Shown: positions 1 to 11,900 of the stretch, piece by piece | Position numbering within the stretch: position 1 is the stretch's first letter | How the letters are laid out: the number at the start of each line of letters is the position of its first letter | From: Macrostomum lignano | Lineage: Eukaryota | Assembly (NCBI GenBank): GCA_002269645.1 | Contig: NIVC01004381.1 | Coordinates: 1 to 47,996, forward strand | Reading direction: 5' to 3' | Length of the DNA: 47,996 nucleotides | Made by a program: the position numbers and the translations under genes | Notes under the pieces: generated by a model | Seen by the model: the letters and a program-made list of their open reading frames with translations, nothing else | What the model was told of the DNA's origin: nothing | Database searches by the model: none

Positions 1-1252
1 GAATAGATGAACAGTAACGTCTGCAAGCCAATTTTCTCGTACAAATATCCACTGACTGTTGGTTCATAAAGCAGCCAAAAAAATAGGTGGAGTTTGCTAC
101 CTTGTTATTAAAACGAATGTAGCAGCGTTCTTTTCGAATCCATGCTTGCAGACCTCCGTTAGGCACAATCCAAAAATTGGAAATAGAGTAGAACTAACTC
201 CAATTCCAATAAAAATTAAAGCGGCCACCAAAGAAGCCATTAATAAACGAACAGGAATGTTTGATCTTGGTGGGTCGATGAGAAATAAGCCTAAAGCGCT
301 GGATAGTATTCCAAAAAGCGTGATACCAGCATTCCACCCAGTATAGTCCGATAGGAAGCCAACGAAAATTTCAATAATACTCATCACTAGAAAAGGTATC
401 AGAAGTAAAAGACCAATTACAGAATGTGAAAGCTTGAAAGTTTCAATAGTATAAGGCTCCATCACAACGCCAATAGTGCCTTCCAGTACCCCCACCATGC
501 TAAACGTCAACATAATAACAACTACCAACGGGATGCGTATAAAACTGAAGAACGAAACTGGCTTCTCGTGTCCATCATCGCTAACACTTGAAATTACGGC
601 GATCGCAGCAAAGGCCATCAGTAAGAGAAGACCGCCAACTGTAAGCAATGGCAGTTTGAAACCCACCAACATCAAACAGGACGCCACCAATTCCTGGTCC
701 CAGCGTGTAACCGATCGATAATCCAGTTTCCACAACGCCATTGACAGTTGACAAACGGTCTGGGAAGACGCTGGCAAGGGTGGCAAAGGCGGCCACGAAC
801 AATATAGAAGCACCAATAGCTGATACGGCACGGATAATGATGACCAGCACAGCGAAGGTAATGCCTTTTGGTCTGTTCTCCAGAAAGGCAAACACCACCT
901 ACGATAAGCTGCAGATAAAGAGCGAACTAACAACAAGATTTCTTTTTTGAACTCTTCGGGCAATAAAGACAACAAATGGGCTGAAGATGAAATTAACAAG
1001 CTGGAAAACACCGTATAACAGTCCAGTGGCAGTCATTGACATTCCTCTTGACAGAGAAACTCAGGGAAAAAACGGCGATATTACAGAGTAAGCTGCTGTT
1101 GAAAATAAGTCTGAGCAGAAGCAAGTAATCAATATTAGAATAGAGGTAAGACCAAGTGTTGAAAGCTTCATTTTTGAAAATATTTTGCAGCATCCATTTT
1201 CTTCGTCATTGTTATTATTTATTAACCAGCGTTTCGAAGTTTCGTTTGACAT
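1..1252 (-). pseudogene. SLC18B1-like MFS transporter pseudogene (paralog 1), 3' end runs off the window
   Basis: The minus-strand reading from ATG 1252 aligns end to end with the intact paralog at 2744-4054 (SPFFP, FPDRLSTVNGVVETGLSIGYTLGPGIGG, SGYLYEKIGLQTLLFIYS). It carries in-frame stops TGA (1061-1063) and TAG (899-901), a frameshift near 660 (GGGTTTC AAACTG), and further frameshifts near 100 and 60. Confidence 0.85.
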
Positions 1253-2743
1253 GTCTCTTGTCGGCAAGATCGGCAAAAACTCTGGAATAATAATTTAGAA
1301 ATATAAACTAGTATAACACTATAATTAAGCAATCGATTTTATTTAAAAAGAATAATGAAACTATTTACTAATTTTAGGTTTTTTCGTTCTTCAATGCATT
1401 GTGTCGATTTTTGTTTCTAAAGATATCATGCTCAGCAATGCAATTGACAATTAAAAAAGAAGTTAATTTTTTAAGAACCTTTTAAGCTAAGACTTTACAG
1501 TAAGATTTGTGGGAGAAACGAGAAAATATTCCTTATAAAAACACTATAATTATTCATATAAACTAAAGAAAAATAGCAAAAATTTTCGATAGTTCTGCAA
1601 TCATCGCTTATAATTTATTGAAATTCTTTAAAATGTATATTTTGTAGAATATCACAAATACGAAAAAATTAAAAGTCAAGTTGAAACAATAAAAAACTAA
1701 CGCCGCATTACGAGTATTGTGGCTATGGTTATGACTGTTTGAAAATAGCTCGAAAATAGAAGTCTTTGTACTACGATATAACAAAGACAAACTGGTAGAT
1801 ATTAACCATGCAATACGTACGAATGTGAGACGGCCGGTAGCGGCACGTTTACTTAAAATAGTTACATTTAATATGTGGAGAAGAGAATAAAAACTCAATT
1901 TAATACGTAATACTGCACAATATACAGCATACGTTTTTAAAAGTACAAAAGGATTAGTAAAGAAAATATGGAAGTAGAAAGACTACGTAACAAACTTCGG
2001 GTTATCAGTACAGGGATGAAGCAAAAATAGTATTTAAAAAAATTAGTTCATCATCTATATCTGAATGATTAACTATCATTAAAGTTAGCTTTGAAGTGCG
2101 CACGAAGAATATATGTAAATTTGCGAGGCATTTTTTAATCTATAAAGCCTTAAAATTTGATACATCAACGTAGGACTGAAAATTATTCTCAATATCTGCA
2201 AAAACTTGTAAAAAACTGTTTGGTAAAAATCATGACTTTAAACATAGGTAAAAACTGTGCATTGTATAATTAATTTCAGATCAGATACGTCTTGCACGAT
2301 TTGATTGTTCAATTTAAGACAGAATTTGCTATAACAGAAAGAATTATTATGCCGTCATACCAGTTTCAAGTGTAGTTTTTTTTAATATAGTTTGAATGTG
2401 TTAATAATTCTAAATATTATTATATAAATCCATCAGTCAGGCACTTGATGCAGCAGCACCAAAGCCACCAAAGCGATTGGCGCGAGGTGACTCAATAATT
2501 TGCACAGTATATTGATAGCTATAATGCGACGCTAGGCATGAGATGCTGATCGTCGACTGCGCGGAAATAATGAATGTTCAATAGCTGCTGGGCTGTCTAC
2601 TGTACTGGCTGGGCATGGTACATCTGCTGAAGCCTTCGGAGACTCAGCCAGTTTGACATTCTATATCTATAATGTATTGGCGACTTCAAGTAAGGATTTT
2701 GCAAACTAAGCGTTATAACGACAGGAAACTATGAGGACAAGGC

Positions 2744-4054
2744 TTACCTGCTATAAACACGAGCAATTCCAAGCAGTACCGCGCACACAACAAAGAGTCC
2801 AGAGTAGGCAAACAAGAGTTTATCGAAGCCTATCGTATCGTACAATCGGCCACCAAGAGTCGGACCAATGAATACGCCAAGAGAGTAAGCCGAATTCGTA
2901 ACGCCCGACACTAAATTTATTGTTGCAATATTTTCATCCATTCCATTTGCATAGGCGGCGTCAAGGCAAAGTCCGTAAACGGGAATCATCACTGCCGAGG
3001 AGCCCAAACCGACCAATACTAGAGCTGGCAACAAGGTGAAAAGTGTCGGCTTGATCGGCAGCACAAAACTGGCAGGATTGATGAAAAACACACCGATAGT
3101 GCAGCCGATCAGGCCAAAAATGAGAACTCCAATGCCCCAGCCCATTGAGTCCGTCAGCCTTCCCCATAAAACAGCTGACAATGTGTAAACTAGACTTGGC
3201 GTTAGAAAAATCAGACCAATTATTGTGGACGAAAAGTGGAAAGCTGCAGTCAAATAGGGTTCCATAGTGGCGTCAAGCATACCATACATTGCTCCAGTAG
3301 CGGCATAAGAAATCAAAATAGCCAATGCAATCGGAATGGAAAAGAACTTTAAAAACGATGCCGACCGATTATGTCCTCCGGATTCCGCGGGTAGAGCTGG
3401 CGTAATAAGGTACGCAGCCACTGCCGTGAGAAGTACTAATCCACCGACAGTAAAAAATGGCAGCCGAAATCCTCCAAGATCATAAAATGCCCCGCCAAGC
3501 GCCGGTCCAACCATGTAGCCAAGGCCCAGAGCCATCTCAACAATACCTGTCACTGTGGACACTTTATCTGGGAAAGAGTGCGCCAAAATCGCAAACGACG
3601 ATACAAGAAATATTCCGCCACCAAATGCACCGATTCCTCGAGTTAGGAGGCACATTATTGCAAATGTGGACCCATTAGGACAGTACTCTAGCACTCCGAA
3701 CAGAACTGAGCACGTGCCGCAAATGAACAGGCCGCAAATGTAGACAAACCTATTACCGACATGGGCAGCAATGTGCACAACAAACGGACTACTAAGAAAT
3801 ATCATTAGCTCAAACTCTCCAATAATTATGCCGGTTAGTGTCAATGATATACCTTTGGCTTCCGCTGCGCCTGGAAAAAATGGACTCAAGACTGAGAAGG
3901 ATAGAGCGGCAAAAAAGTTCGAGACTGACAAAGTGATTAACAGAAATATGTTGGCGCCGCGATATGTCGATGATGATTCACTGTTCTCGGCGCTTTCACT
4001 GATGTCACTGGCACCGTTTGCAATCAGGGGAGATATCTCGTCTTTGTCCGCCAT
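2744..4054 (-). CDS. SLC18B1: SLC18B1-like MFS transporter (vesicular amine/polyamine transporter family), intact, no CDS intron, 436 aa (paralog 2)
   Basis: Uninterrupted ORF with about 12 hydrophobic segments and SLC18-type motifs (SVLSPFFP, GLGYMVGPALGG, FIGPTLGGRLYD). The likely start is MADKDE at 4054, just after a splice acceptor (CTGACTGTTTCAG ending at 4069). The symbol is family-level; orthology is untested. Confidence 0.85.
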   Translation of the reverse strand: MADKDEISPLIANGASDISESAENSESSSTYRGANIFLLITLSVSNFFAALSFSVLSPFFPGAAEAKGISLTLTGIIIGEFELMIFLSSPFVVHIAAHVGNRFVYICGLFICGTCSVLFGVLEYCPNGSTFAIMCLLTRGIGAFGGGIFLVSSFAILAHSFPDKVSTVTGIVEMALGLGYMVGPALGGAFYDLGGFRLPFFTVGGLVLLTAVAAYLITPALPAESGGHNRSASFLKFFSIPIALAILISYAATGAMYGMLDATMEPYLTAAFHFSSTIIGLIFLTPSLVYTLSAVLWGRLTDSMGWGIGVLIFGLIGCTIGVFFINPASFVLPIKPTLFTLLPALVLVGLGSSAVMIPVYGLCLDAAYANGMDENIATINLVSGVTNSAYSLGVFIGPTLGGRLYDTIGFDKLLFAYSGLFVVCAVLLGIARVYSR

Positions 4055-4878
4055 TGAAGAGGAACATCCTGAAACAGTCAGTTGGATTGATTGACGATAA
4101 AGTTTAGTAACTACACTGAAGAAAACAGAAAGTAATTCAAGCCTAGACGAACACAATTCTGACATCAAGTGGAATATTATGAGATATTTCTATTATTAAG
4201 GTTCTTTTTTACGAATTCGAAAGTTGTGACATTCAATAATAATAAAAAATAATACGAAAATCGTCGAAAAAATAATGTCGAGTATATTTTATTCAAAATG
4301 TAGAAAAATATATGAATTTATCCGAATACACTCTAGCATAGAAAGAACATTGAAAATAGTTTTTAATTTGGTCTCAAAGTCACAGACAATTATTCGCAGT
4401 TTTATTCATTGCTTTGTAGTCGTAGATTCGAATCACAAGAAAAAATGCACTTTTAAATGATATTTGTGAATTGATATATGTTCCGACACGTAAGAAATTT
4501 TCTTCTGACAAAATGCCATTTCTAATGCTGAAATTTTGAGCTACAGTTTGCTAGAATGATTGGCAAATAGAAAATACGATTATTATTTTTATGCGCACCG
4601 AGGAATACCGTACCGTACAAGCATGTAGATAGTAAATTCACAATAAATAATCACATTAGCTACACGAGAAAAGAGATAGTTCAGTCCGACGAAAACATGA
4701 AATTTGGAAGTCTCGATTAGATAGAGGCAAAACGTAGAAAAAAAATTGTCAAGGAATAAAAACTTCGCAAAAATATATTCAAACTATTGATTAAACACCA
4801 AGCATTTTCTTTTTGAGAGACTAAAATTTTAATAAACTATATATTAAACTACACGATAACGCACTCAAGTTACAAACT

Positions 4879-7210
4879 CTAGACCGTATTACCAATTGAT
4901 CCATAATTATTATTTGCCTCGTTGCGACCATCGCGATCAATTAAGCAGTCAGCCGACTGACTAACTGGGCCAACTATCGCAGGTGAGCGGCCGTCCTCGC
5001 CCTGTTCGTTAACTAAAAATGACACGCCTCGCGTCTCGCGGCGCATAAAGCCGCGATTCTGCCGCACTGGTCCGATTAGGCAGATCAAAGTTGCCAGGCC
5101 GAATAGGCCGCTGTAGCCGGTGAGGACCCAGGCTAGACCGAATCTGAGCATATTGTTTAATAAAACTGTGTCAGATTACGTTAATTCACCTCAATTGGCA
5201 CTCTAGATTTTTTCGTATGATTTCTAATAATCAGATATAACTTTATTCCCCATAGAAAATCTGGAATGAAAAGCACTGATTCGTAAAAAAAGCCAAAAAC
5301 ATAAATGCCCAAGGGTGAGTTCCCAGATTATCAATATGAGCAGGCGGGTTGTAGGACGATGTGGTCGCTAATGCAAGAGTGTGTATACTATACGCAGGCA
5401 CACATTGATGCATAGACAGACTCAAAGAGGGACTCTAATCGTCAGCCATGTAGTGTTTGGACACTCTGTGCTTTGGGAGGGGAGCTGGCCCTCATGGGTG
5501 TGAAACGCACGACAAACTCCCATAGCTAATTGTCGTGCTCAAGCCCAAATGAATGACCAAATGGAATCGAACCAGGGGTCGTGACGCAATAGTGGGACGC
5601 GTTTATCGTCTGCCTAATTCCTTATCGCGATGGCAAGTAACCTAACTTTTTAGACTTATAAATAATAAACTTATTGAGTAACTCTTTAACCTGAAGAAAT
5701 AGCTTATAAACTAAATGGCCTCACCGTGTTTTCTTACTGTTTTCCTAAATTTTGGGTCGTTGTAAAAGTAGCAGTAAGCTGAGGTTTGGTGGAACTTAAA
5801 TGAATATTCATCTTAAGTGCACTATGCAATACTTAATTGGATTGATAGAACTAATCAGTGTGCGGTATATAGTAAAAACCATTTATAAAAACGAACTTTT
5901 TTGGACTATATATTTATCGGTTTTTTACATGGTAATGGTATTCCAGCCATAAGATTAGGTAATCTAGCTACTTAGTTCCGAACTCGAGTTTGACCAATGT
6001 CAAATGGTTTATTCCGTGCTAATGAAAAACACTCACTTGTCTAAAGCCACACCACCAAGAGTTGGGCCAACAAATGCTCCAAAGGCGAATGCAGTATTAA
6101 CTAATCCAGAAACTACAGAGTAAGTTGTTAAACTTCGATCAAAGCCTCGCTTATAAGACTCCGTAGCAATCAAATTAAACACTGGCACAACAACAGCCGA
6201 GCAGGCTAAACCAACCACGACAAGAGCGGCAATAAGTGATGGCAAGTTTGTATCGTAAGGTAGAAACGGTGCCGGATAGACGAACAGCAAGCAAACAGAG
6301 AATGCTGCCAAGCCGCCAATCATAATAGGCAGACCGGCGCCGCGCGAATCGACTAGGTAGCCCCATAGAGCGGCAGATATAGAATAGATCAAAGCGGGCA
6401 GGAATAGCATCAGCCCAACAATAACTGGCGAGAAATGAAATTTGGCGGTTAAAAATGGTTGAAAGCTGACATCTACGAAGCCAAGAAAAGAGCTAGCAAC
6501 GCACATTCCAAATAGAGTAGCAAGACAAAACGGTTCTCTAACAAGCGTCCAGACAGATTTTGGTCGAGAACCATCAATGTTAGGGTCGTCGTTTACAAGC
6601 GACGGCATAACGCACAACGACAATAGTACAACCAGCAATAGGAAGCCGCCAAGACTAACAAATGGTAATTTAAATCCGCCAAGTTGAAATAATGCGCCGC
6701 CAATAACTGGGCCAACCATAAAGCCAAGTCCGCCAGCGGTCTCCAGCAGACCGAATACTGTTGACAATCGATTTGGAAATAGTCTGGTAGCTATGGAGAA
6801 TGAGGACACAACAAACATGCTAGTGCCAATAGCGGACACGCCGCGGGTTAGTAGGCACATAACGGCGAACACAATTCCAGGAGGGCAGTACTCCAATGCG
6901 CCAAACAGTATTGAGCAGACGCTGCATATGACAAGACCCCAACTGTACACGAATCGTCCGCCAATGCTGCTGGTGAAAGCGCCAACAAGTGGACTGCACA
7001 GACAGATTACTAATTGAAATTCGCCAACTATAATACCTGTCATAGTAACCGAAAGGCCTTTCAAATTGGCTTCCTGGGAAAGAACGGTCCGAGAACTGAG
7101 AATGCTGTTGAGGCAAAGAAGTTTACTAAAGCTAAGCTGGCTAATAGTACATTGCGTCGAGCTCGACTGAGGCCAGCCACCTCACCGCTAGTTGAAGCCA
7201 ATTGGATTGC
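4879..7210 (-). CDS. SLC18B1-like MFS transporter (paralog 3): exons 7210-6037 and 5143-4879, one apparent 1-nt frameshift at 7076-7078, N-terminus unresolved
   Basis: ORFs 7061-7393, 6033-7064 and 4879-5151 join into one MFS protein. Adding one C to the CCC run gives PFFPQEANLKGLS. Donor GTGAGT at 6036 and acceptor CTCAG at 5144 give ALDK/FGLAW. A strong acceptor TTTATTTTACAG ends at 7211. Confidence 0.75.
5290..5620 (-). mobile_element. Probable tRNA-derived SINE in the intron of MFS paralog 3
   Basis: Pol III B-box GGTTCGATTCC (minus strand, 5563-5573) with a degenerate A-box about 40 nt upstream and no complete cloverleaf. The 3' boundary is uncertain. Confidence 0.45.
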
Positions 7211-7931
7211 CTGTAAAATAAACAAACGGGTTGAATGATTGCAGATTTTCTGAGGGCGCTGTAATTCTATAATGCTGTACTTATTAGTATTGCTAGAGTA
7301 AAGTTCAAATCCTATGTGAAACCGATTGAAATTGAGTCGATTTCTCGAATTAGGCTCTCGAATTATCTCAGTCTGACAAAACTCCATGGTCATGCATTGG
7401 AAATCTGGATGCCCAATGGTTAGATTTGCTTGTCAATTAGGCCAGTCTCATAGTCAGAAATTCGCACGCATGGCCCAACCTATCTTTATTCTCTTCTCAC
7501 TGATTTTACAGTTGGAACTATTTCTAATCAATTTTGAGGCTAGAAAAGATTGTTAAAAACGATAGTGAAAAGTCGATGCTGTTAAAAGTTACCTTTGTGT
7601 ATATTTAGCATATTAATTAATTATTATTAAACTGACTGCAACCGATCGCACACTTCTAAACTAATTGTAATTATGCTATTGCGGCTCCTAAAGTGGAAAA
7701 ACAGATAAACTGCAGTGAAATACAACATACATAGATACGCTCGTATTGTACAATGCAAAATTAATAATTTGTTTCTTTATACATCGCTTTGCCTTGCATG
7801 AGATGAGAGCAGACAAACAATTCATAACCGATAATAACAAGCAAGGTCAATGACAACAAGCCGCGTTAATGCGCTCTACTCGTAAATATAGAGTAAGTGC
7901 GCTCCACCCTTTCATGTGATTTCATATAAAG

Positions 7932-8624
7932 CATTGGCCAAGGACTGCTCAAGTAGAAGGACGGGAAACCTCGTTTGCTTAGAAAATTTTGTGAGTCTAG
8001 TTTTCGCCGAAAAATACACCACGGACATAGGAAATTTAATTTTTTCAGCACAAAACTGTTATTGCCTTCGATAGGAGGCGGATCCAATTTTCATCCCTTG
8101 ATATGCTGTGCCCTTCTTAATGCTCCATCGATATTCATAAAGCTTTTCGTTGAGAAAAGTTTTTAGAATTTTTTGTTAATTTTTAATTCCATGTACAATT
8201 GCACATTTCAGGAAATCATTAAAATGGCACGGCTCGGGTTATTGGTTTTATAAATCAATTTTATCATTCTTAGCGAACTTTGTAACAATTATTTTTAACA
8301 GAGATGATATTTACAAAACCAGAGTCGAGCTGTGCCATGCATTTTTATGATTCTTACGCACAGGGAACGTGCGTCGAATTAAAAAATTAACATAGAATCC
8401 TGACTTTTTGAACAAAAAGCTCTATGAATATCGATAGAGCAATAAGAAAGGCAAAACATATCAAAAGATCAACATCGGTCCGCCTCCTATCGAAAGCAAT
8501 TTCTGTGCTGAAAAAATAAGAGCCTCCTATCTTCGTAGTGTATTTTTCGGCGAAAATCAGCCTCATAAACATTTTCTAAGAAACGCAGCTTCCCGTCCTG
8601 CTACTTAAGCAGTCCTTGGCAATG
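7932..8624. mobile_element. Foldback / long-TIR non-autonomous element
   Basis: 7932-8190 and about 8373-8624 are imperfect inverted copies (CATTGGCCAAGGACTGCTCAAGTAG...TTTTCGCCGAAAAATACAC...TTCGATAGGAGGCGGA). An inner inverted pair ATGGCACGGCTCG / CGAGCTGTGCCAT is also present. No TSD was found. Confidence 0.75.
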
Positions 8625-8981
8625 GCCCGCGTCTCTCTGCGAATTAGTTTCGTTACCTGTCTTACATTATTTGTTTAACTTGCTTTGCCAACCTTTAAAT
8701 AACTTTTAATCGCTTGGTATAGTTGAATACAAGACTTTCTTCATTAGTTACCCTTCGCTTTAGTGCAGGCCTCTGCTAACATAATTACTTAATAATAAAA
8801 TTGGCTCAGTTTTTCAAGATACGGCATAAATGTCTCAATACGAAAAACACTGACTTAGCATTAACTGGTATCGACAAAAAGTTTAAGATTCATACATTAT
8901 TGTTAATTTTTAAATAAATACAACTGCAACACACTTTGCGCAGTCTTTTTAAAACCGAATAATGTGATAAAACATTGATGA

Positions 8982-11900
8982 TTAATCAGAACCCGTCGAC
9001 TCAGAAGGCTTAGTAAGTGGCTTGGACGCCTCAACAACACTTTCAGCTGCAGGAGCATTATCAAACACTTCATCGTCATTGTCTGCCACCGTTTCATTGA
9101 CTTTTTCGTCTACACTTTTCTCGTCACTCGGTTTCGTTGGAATTGCAGCACCGGCTTCAATATTGTCGTTTGTTGATTCTTCAGTAGCAGTGGTAGTTTT
9201 AATCGTATCTGCAACTGAATCAGCAGCTACTACTGTGGAATTAACTTTGCTAACCGGAGGCGTATTATTACTAGTAGTAGCACTATCAGCTTCAGATTCG
9301 CAGGCGGCGGCAACTTTGGCGGTTTCTTCAGCTTCCGCTACAGATACAGCGCCAGTTTTGTAGTCCGCAATCGCAGTATCCGATGATGCTGTGCAATCGC
9401 CGGCTCCGCAACCACTGCTGCTACCGCCGTCGCTTTCAATATCGTCAGATTCGTCATCAATTTCAGCCGCAGTTGCGGGCGCCTGATCAAAAGCGGCGCC
9501 AGACAACGGCGCGCCAACTTCGCTACCCGAACCGGAACAAGAGCCGGAACCGGACGCTTCTTCAAGATCGTCATCGCCAGACAGCGAATCGTTAGCCATA
9601 TGATCGGCGGTTGCCGCGCTTGAAACCGAGGCGGCAGCGGCCTCAGCACCGGCATGCGTCGAGGCCGAAGCGGCGCCGGCTGCGGCGGCGGCGGTGGAAT
9701 CCGAAGAGTTCGACACAATCATGTCTTCCTCGTCCTGATCGAATACGATTTTCTGACCAGCCGGATCGATGCAGCTAACAACGCTCAAGCATTTTAGTAG
9801 GCCTCGTAGATACTTATCAACTCGGCGATAGTGCTTATTAGGCGATAGGGCCAATTCGCAGACGCGTTGAATAGTAAATGGGGCGTTAGTGAACTGGTCC
9901 AGTGTTGACAGGACAGTCTGGCGGTAGACGCTCAGTTGAAATGTCTCCATATTAGGCCTGGGATAATAATCGTCAATAGAAGCCATTGATGAGTCGCTTA
10001 AAAAACTTTCAATAGCGGATTCCAATTTGACGCGAATTAGCGGCTTAACCAGGTGCCAAGGCGCGTTGGTGATGCCACTGCGAGACAGGTTGACCAGATA
10101 GTGCTCCAGGTCTGGCGGCACATCGCTTGTTGCTGATTGGGCAAACTCTGTGAAAAGATGAATAAACATAACAATTGAAAAAGGCTGTTGAATTGACAAT
10201 AGGTACTATGAATATCTAGAATACAATTAAGGTTGGGAATCAAACCAAGCTTCAGTCTTTTACATAACAACTTTAGTCAAACAATTGAGCATGATAGGCA
10301 ACAAATTACCATCATGAAATTTCCTATCCTGATTGGAAATGTCAAATTATTCTTAGCATATTGGATATTAATGGTAGGATTGTTGAATATTTTGATGATC
10401 TAAAAGGCTAGTGACTTGGTTCTTGCCTAAGTCTTAAGAATATTACAACAAGTTAGCCAATTATCTTGAATTTTATATGCTTGCATTGCTCCTTTTTGGT
10501 ATATCAAAAATTGGCGAGGAGAGATTTTTCCTTTTATTGGTAGTTTAAAAGGCAAAAATATATATAATGTGTATATAGAGTTAAAAATCTATTGCTTGAG
10601 TCTTTAACCCTAAGGACTTAAGAGTTTCTCTTATAGAAGCTTATGCAAGGACACATTAGAGACAAAGATTAATGCAGATAACAAAAAAATAGAAAAAAAT
10701 AATGGATCATGAAACTTTTATATTCATTTATTTTTATTGTTCAATCCTTTGTACCTATTTAATGAAATGTTCCAATAATATTTTTAAGTCTTTAAAGTTT
10801 TTAAAGTTTATTATTGAATACATACCTATCAACCTCTTTCAAAGGACTGCCTGCTATCCTTAATTTACCTTTGCTTTATCTGCTCATTGAGATAGAGGCT
10901 ATGAAATCTACCTCTTGACTCATTAGAGATAAATGTTAAATTACGAGGTTTATTCAAAAAGTTCTTTTCGGTCCTTTGGCATTTATTTTTAGAAAGCGTT
11001 GTAAACAGAATTTTAGCGATTTTACCAAGTTATGTCTATGGCCTAAACGTTCCTAGGGTTTTAAGTCTCAGTTTGCAACTATGTTAGAGCAGCGAACATT
11101 TCTATCAGCTGCCACTCAATTTCTTGGCCATGGCTGAATCATTTTCAAAGCAAGATGTTCGAAGCTTGATGAAGTTTCAGTTTCTGCAAGGAAAAAAGCC
11201 ACCGGATATGTTTAGGGAGCTTCAGCAAGTGCTTGGCAACTGTGCACCAACTGAGCAGACAGTTCGAAAATGGTACCGGCTGTTCGCTGAGGGAAGAGAG
11301 AGCATTGAGGACAATGGCCGCTCTGGAAGGCCGATGACTGCAACCAAAGAGACTGTTGTGAAGAAAGTGCAAGAGCTCTTGGATGATGATTGGCGACGGA
11401 CTTGCGAAGAGTTGGCAGAAGACGTTGGTGTGTCAGTAGGAAGCGTCCACACTATTCTGACTGAGCATCTTCTCCTACAGAAAAAGTTCTGCAAGTGGGT
11501 GCCACACCTGCTGACAGGTGAGCAAAAGATGCAGCGAACTCTGGCTTCAAGCAGCCACCTGCGTCGGTTCCATCGAGAAGGGGAGGATTTTCTATCAAGA
11601 ATTGTTGCTGGAGACGAGACGTGGGTTTACAGCTGGGATCCTGAGACAAAGGCCCAGTCTGCCGAATGGCTTCCAGCACATTCTCCAAGACCTCAGAGGG
11701 CCATCAGGAAGCAGGGCACGATAAAGATCATGCACGTCATGTTTTTTGATTCCCAAGGAATCCTGCTGAACTGGGCAGTCCCACAAGGAACCACCGTCAA
11801 TGGGGACTACTACAAGTGGATTCTGCAGGAGAAGCTGCGCCCAGCAATACAAAAGAAGCGCCCTGGTCTGCTGGAATCTGGCGTGATCCTGCTGCACGAC

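Noticed and set aside
4055-4168. 38-aa N-terminal extension of MFS paralog 2 in the ORF track
   Set aside because: It crosses a splice acceptor at 4069; MADKDE at 4054 fits paralog lengths better.
9000-9720. Overlapping ORFs on the PPP4R2 Ala/Asp/Ser-rich tail
   Set aside because: Shadow ORFs of GC-rich coding sequence. An acidic disordered tail is normal for PPP4R2.
10148-10199. [16 protein letters not shown] start of the PPP4R2 ORF
   Set aside because: This is the polypyrimidine tract of the intron; a proper 37-nt first exon exists at 15683-15719.
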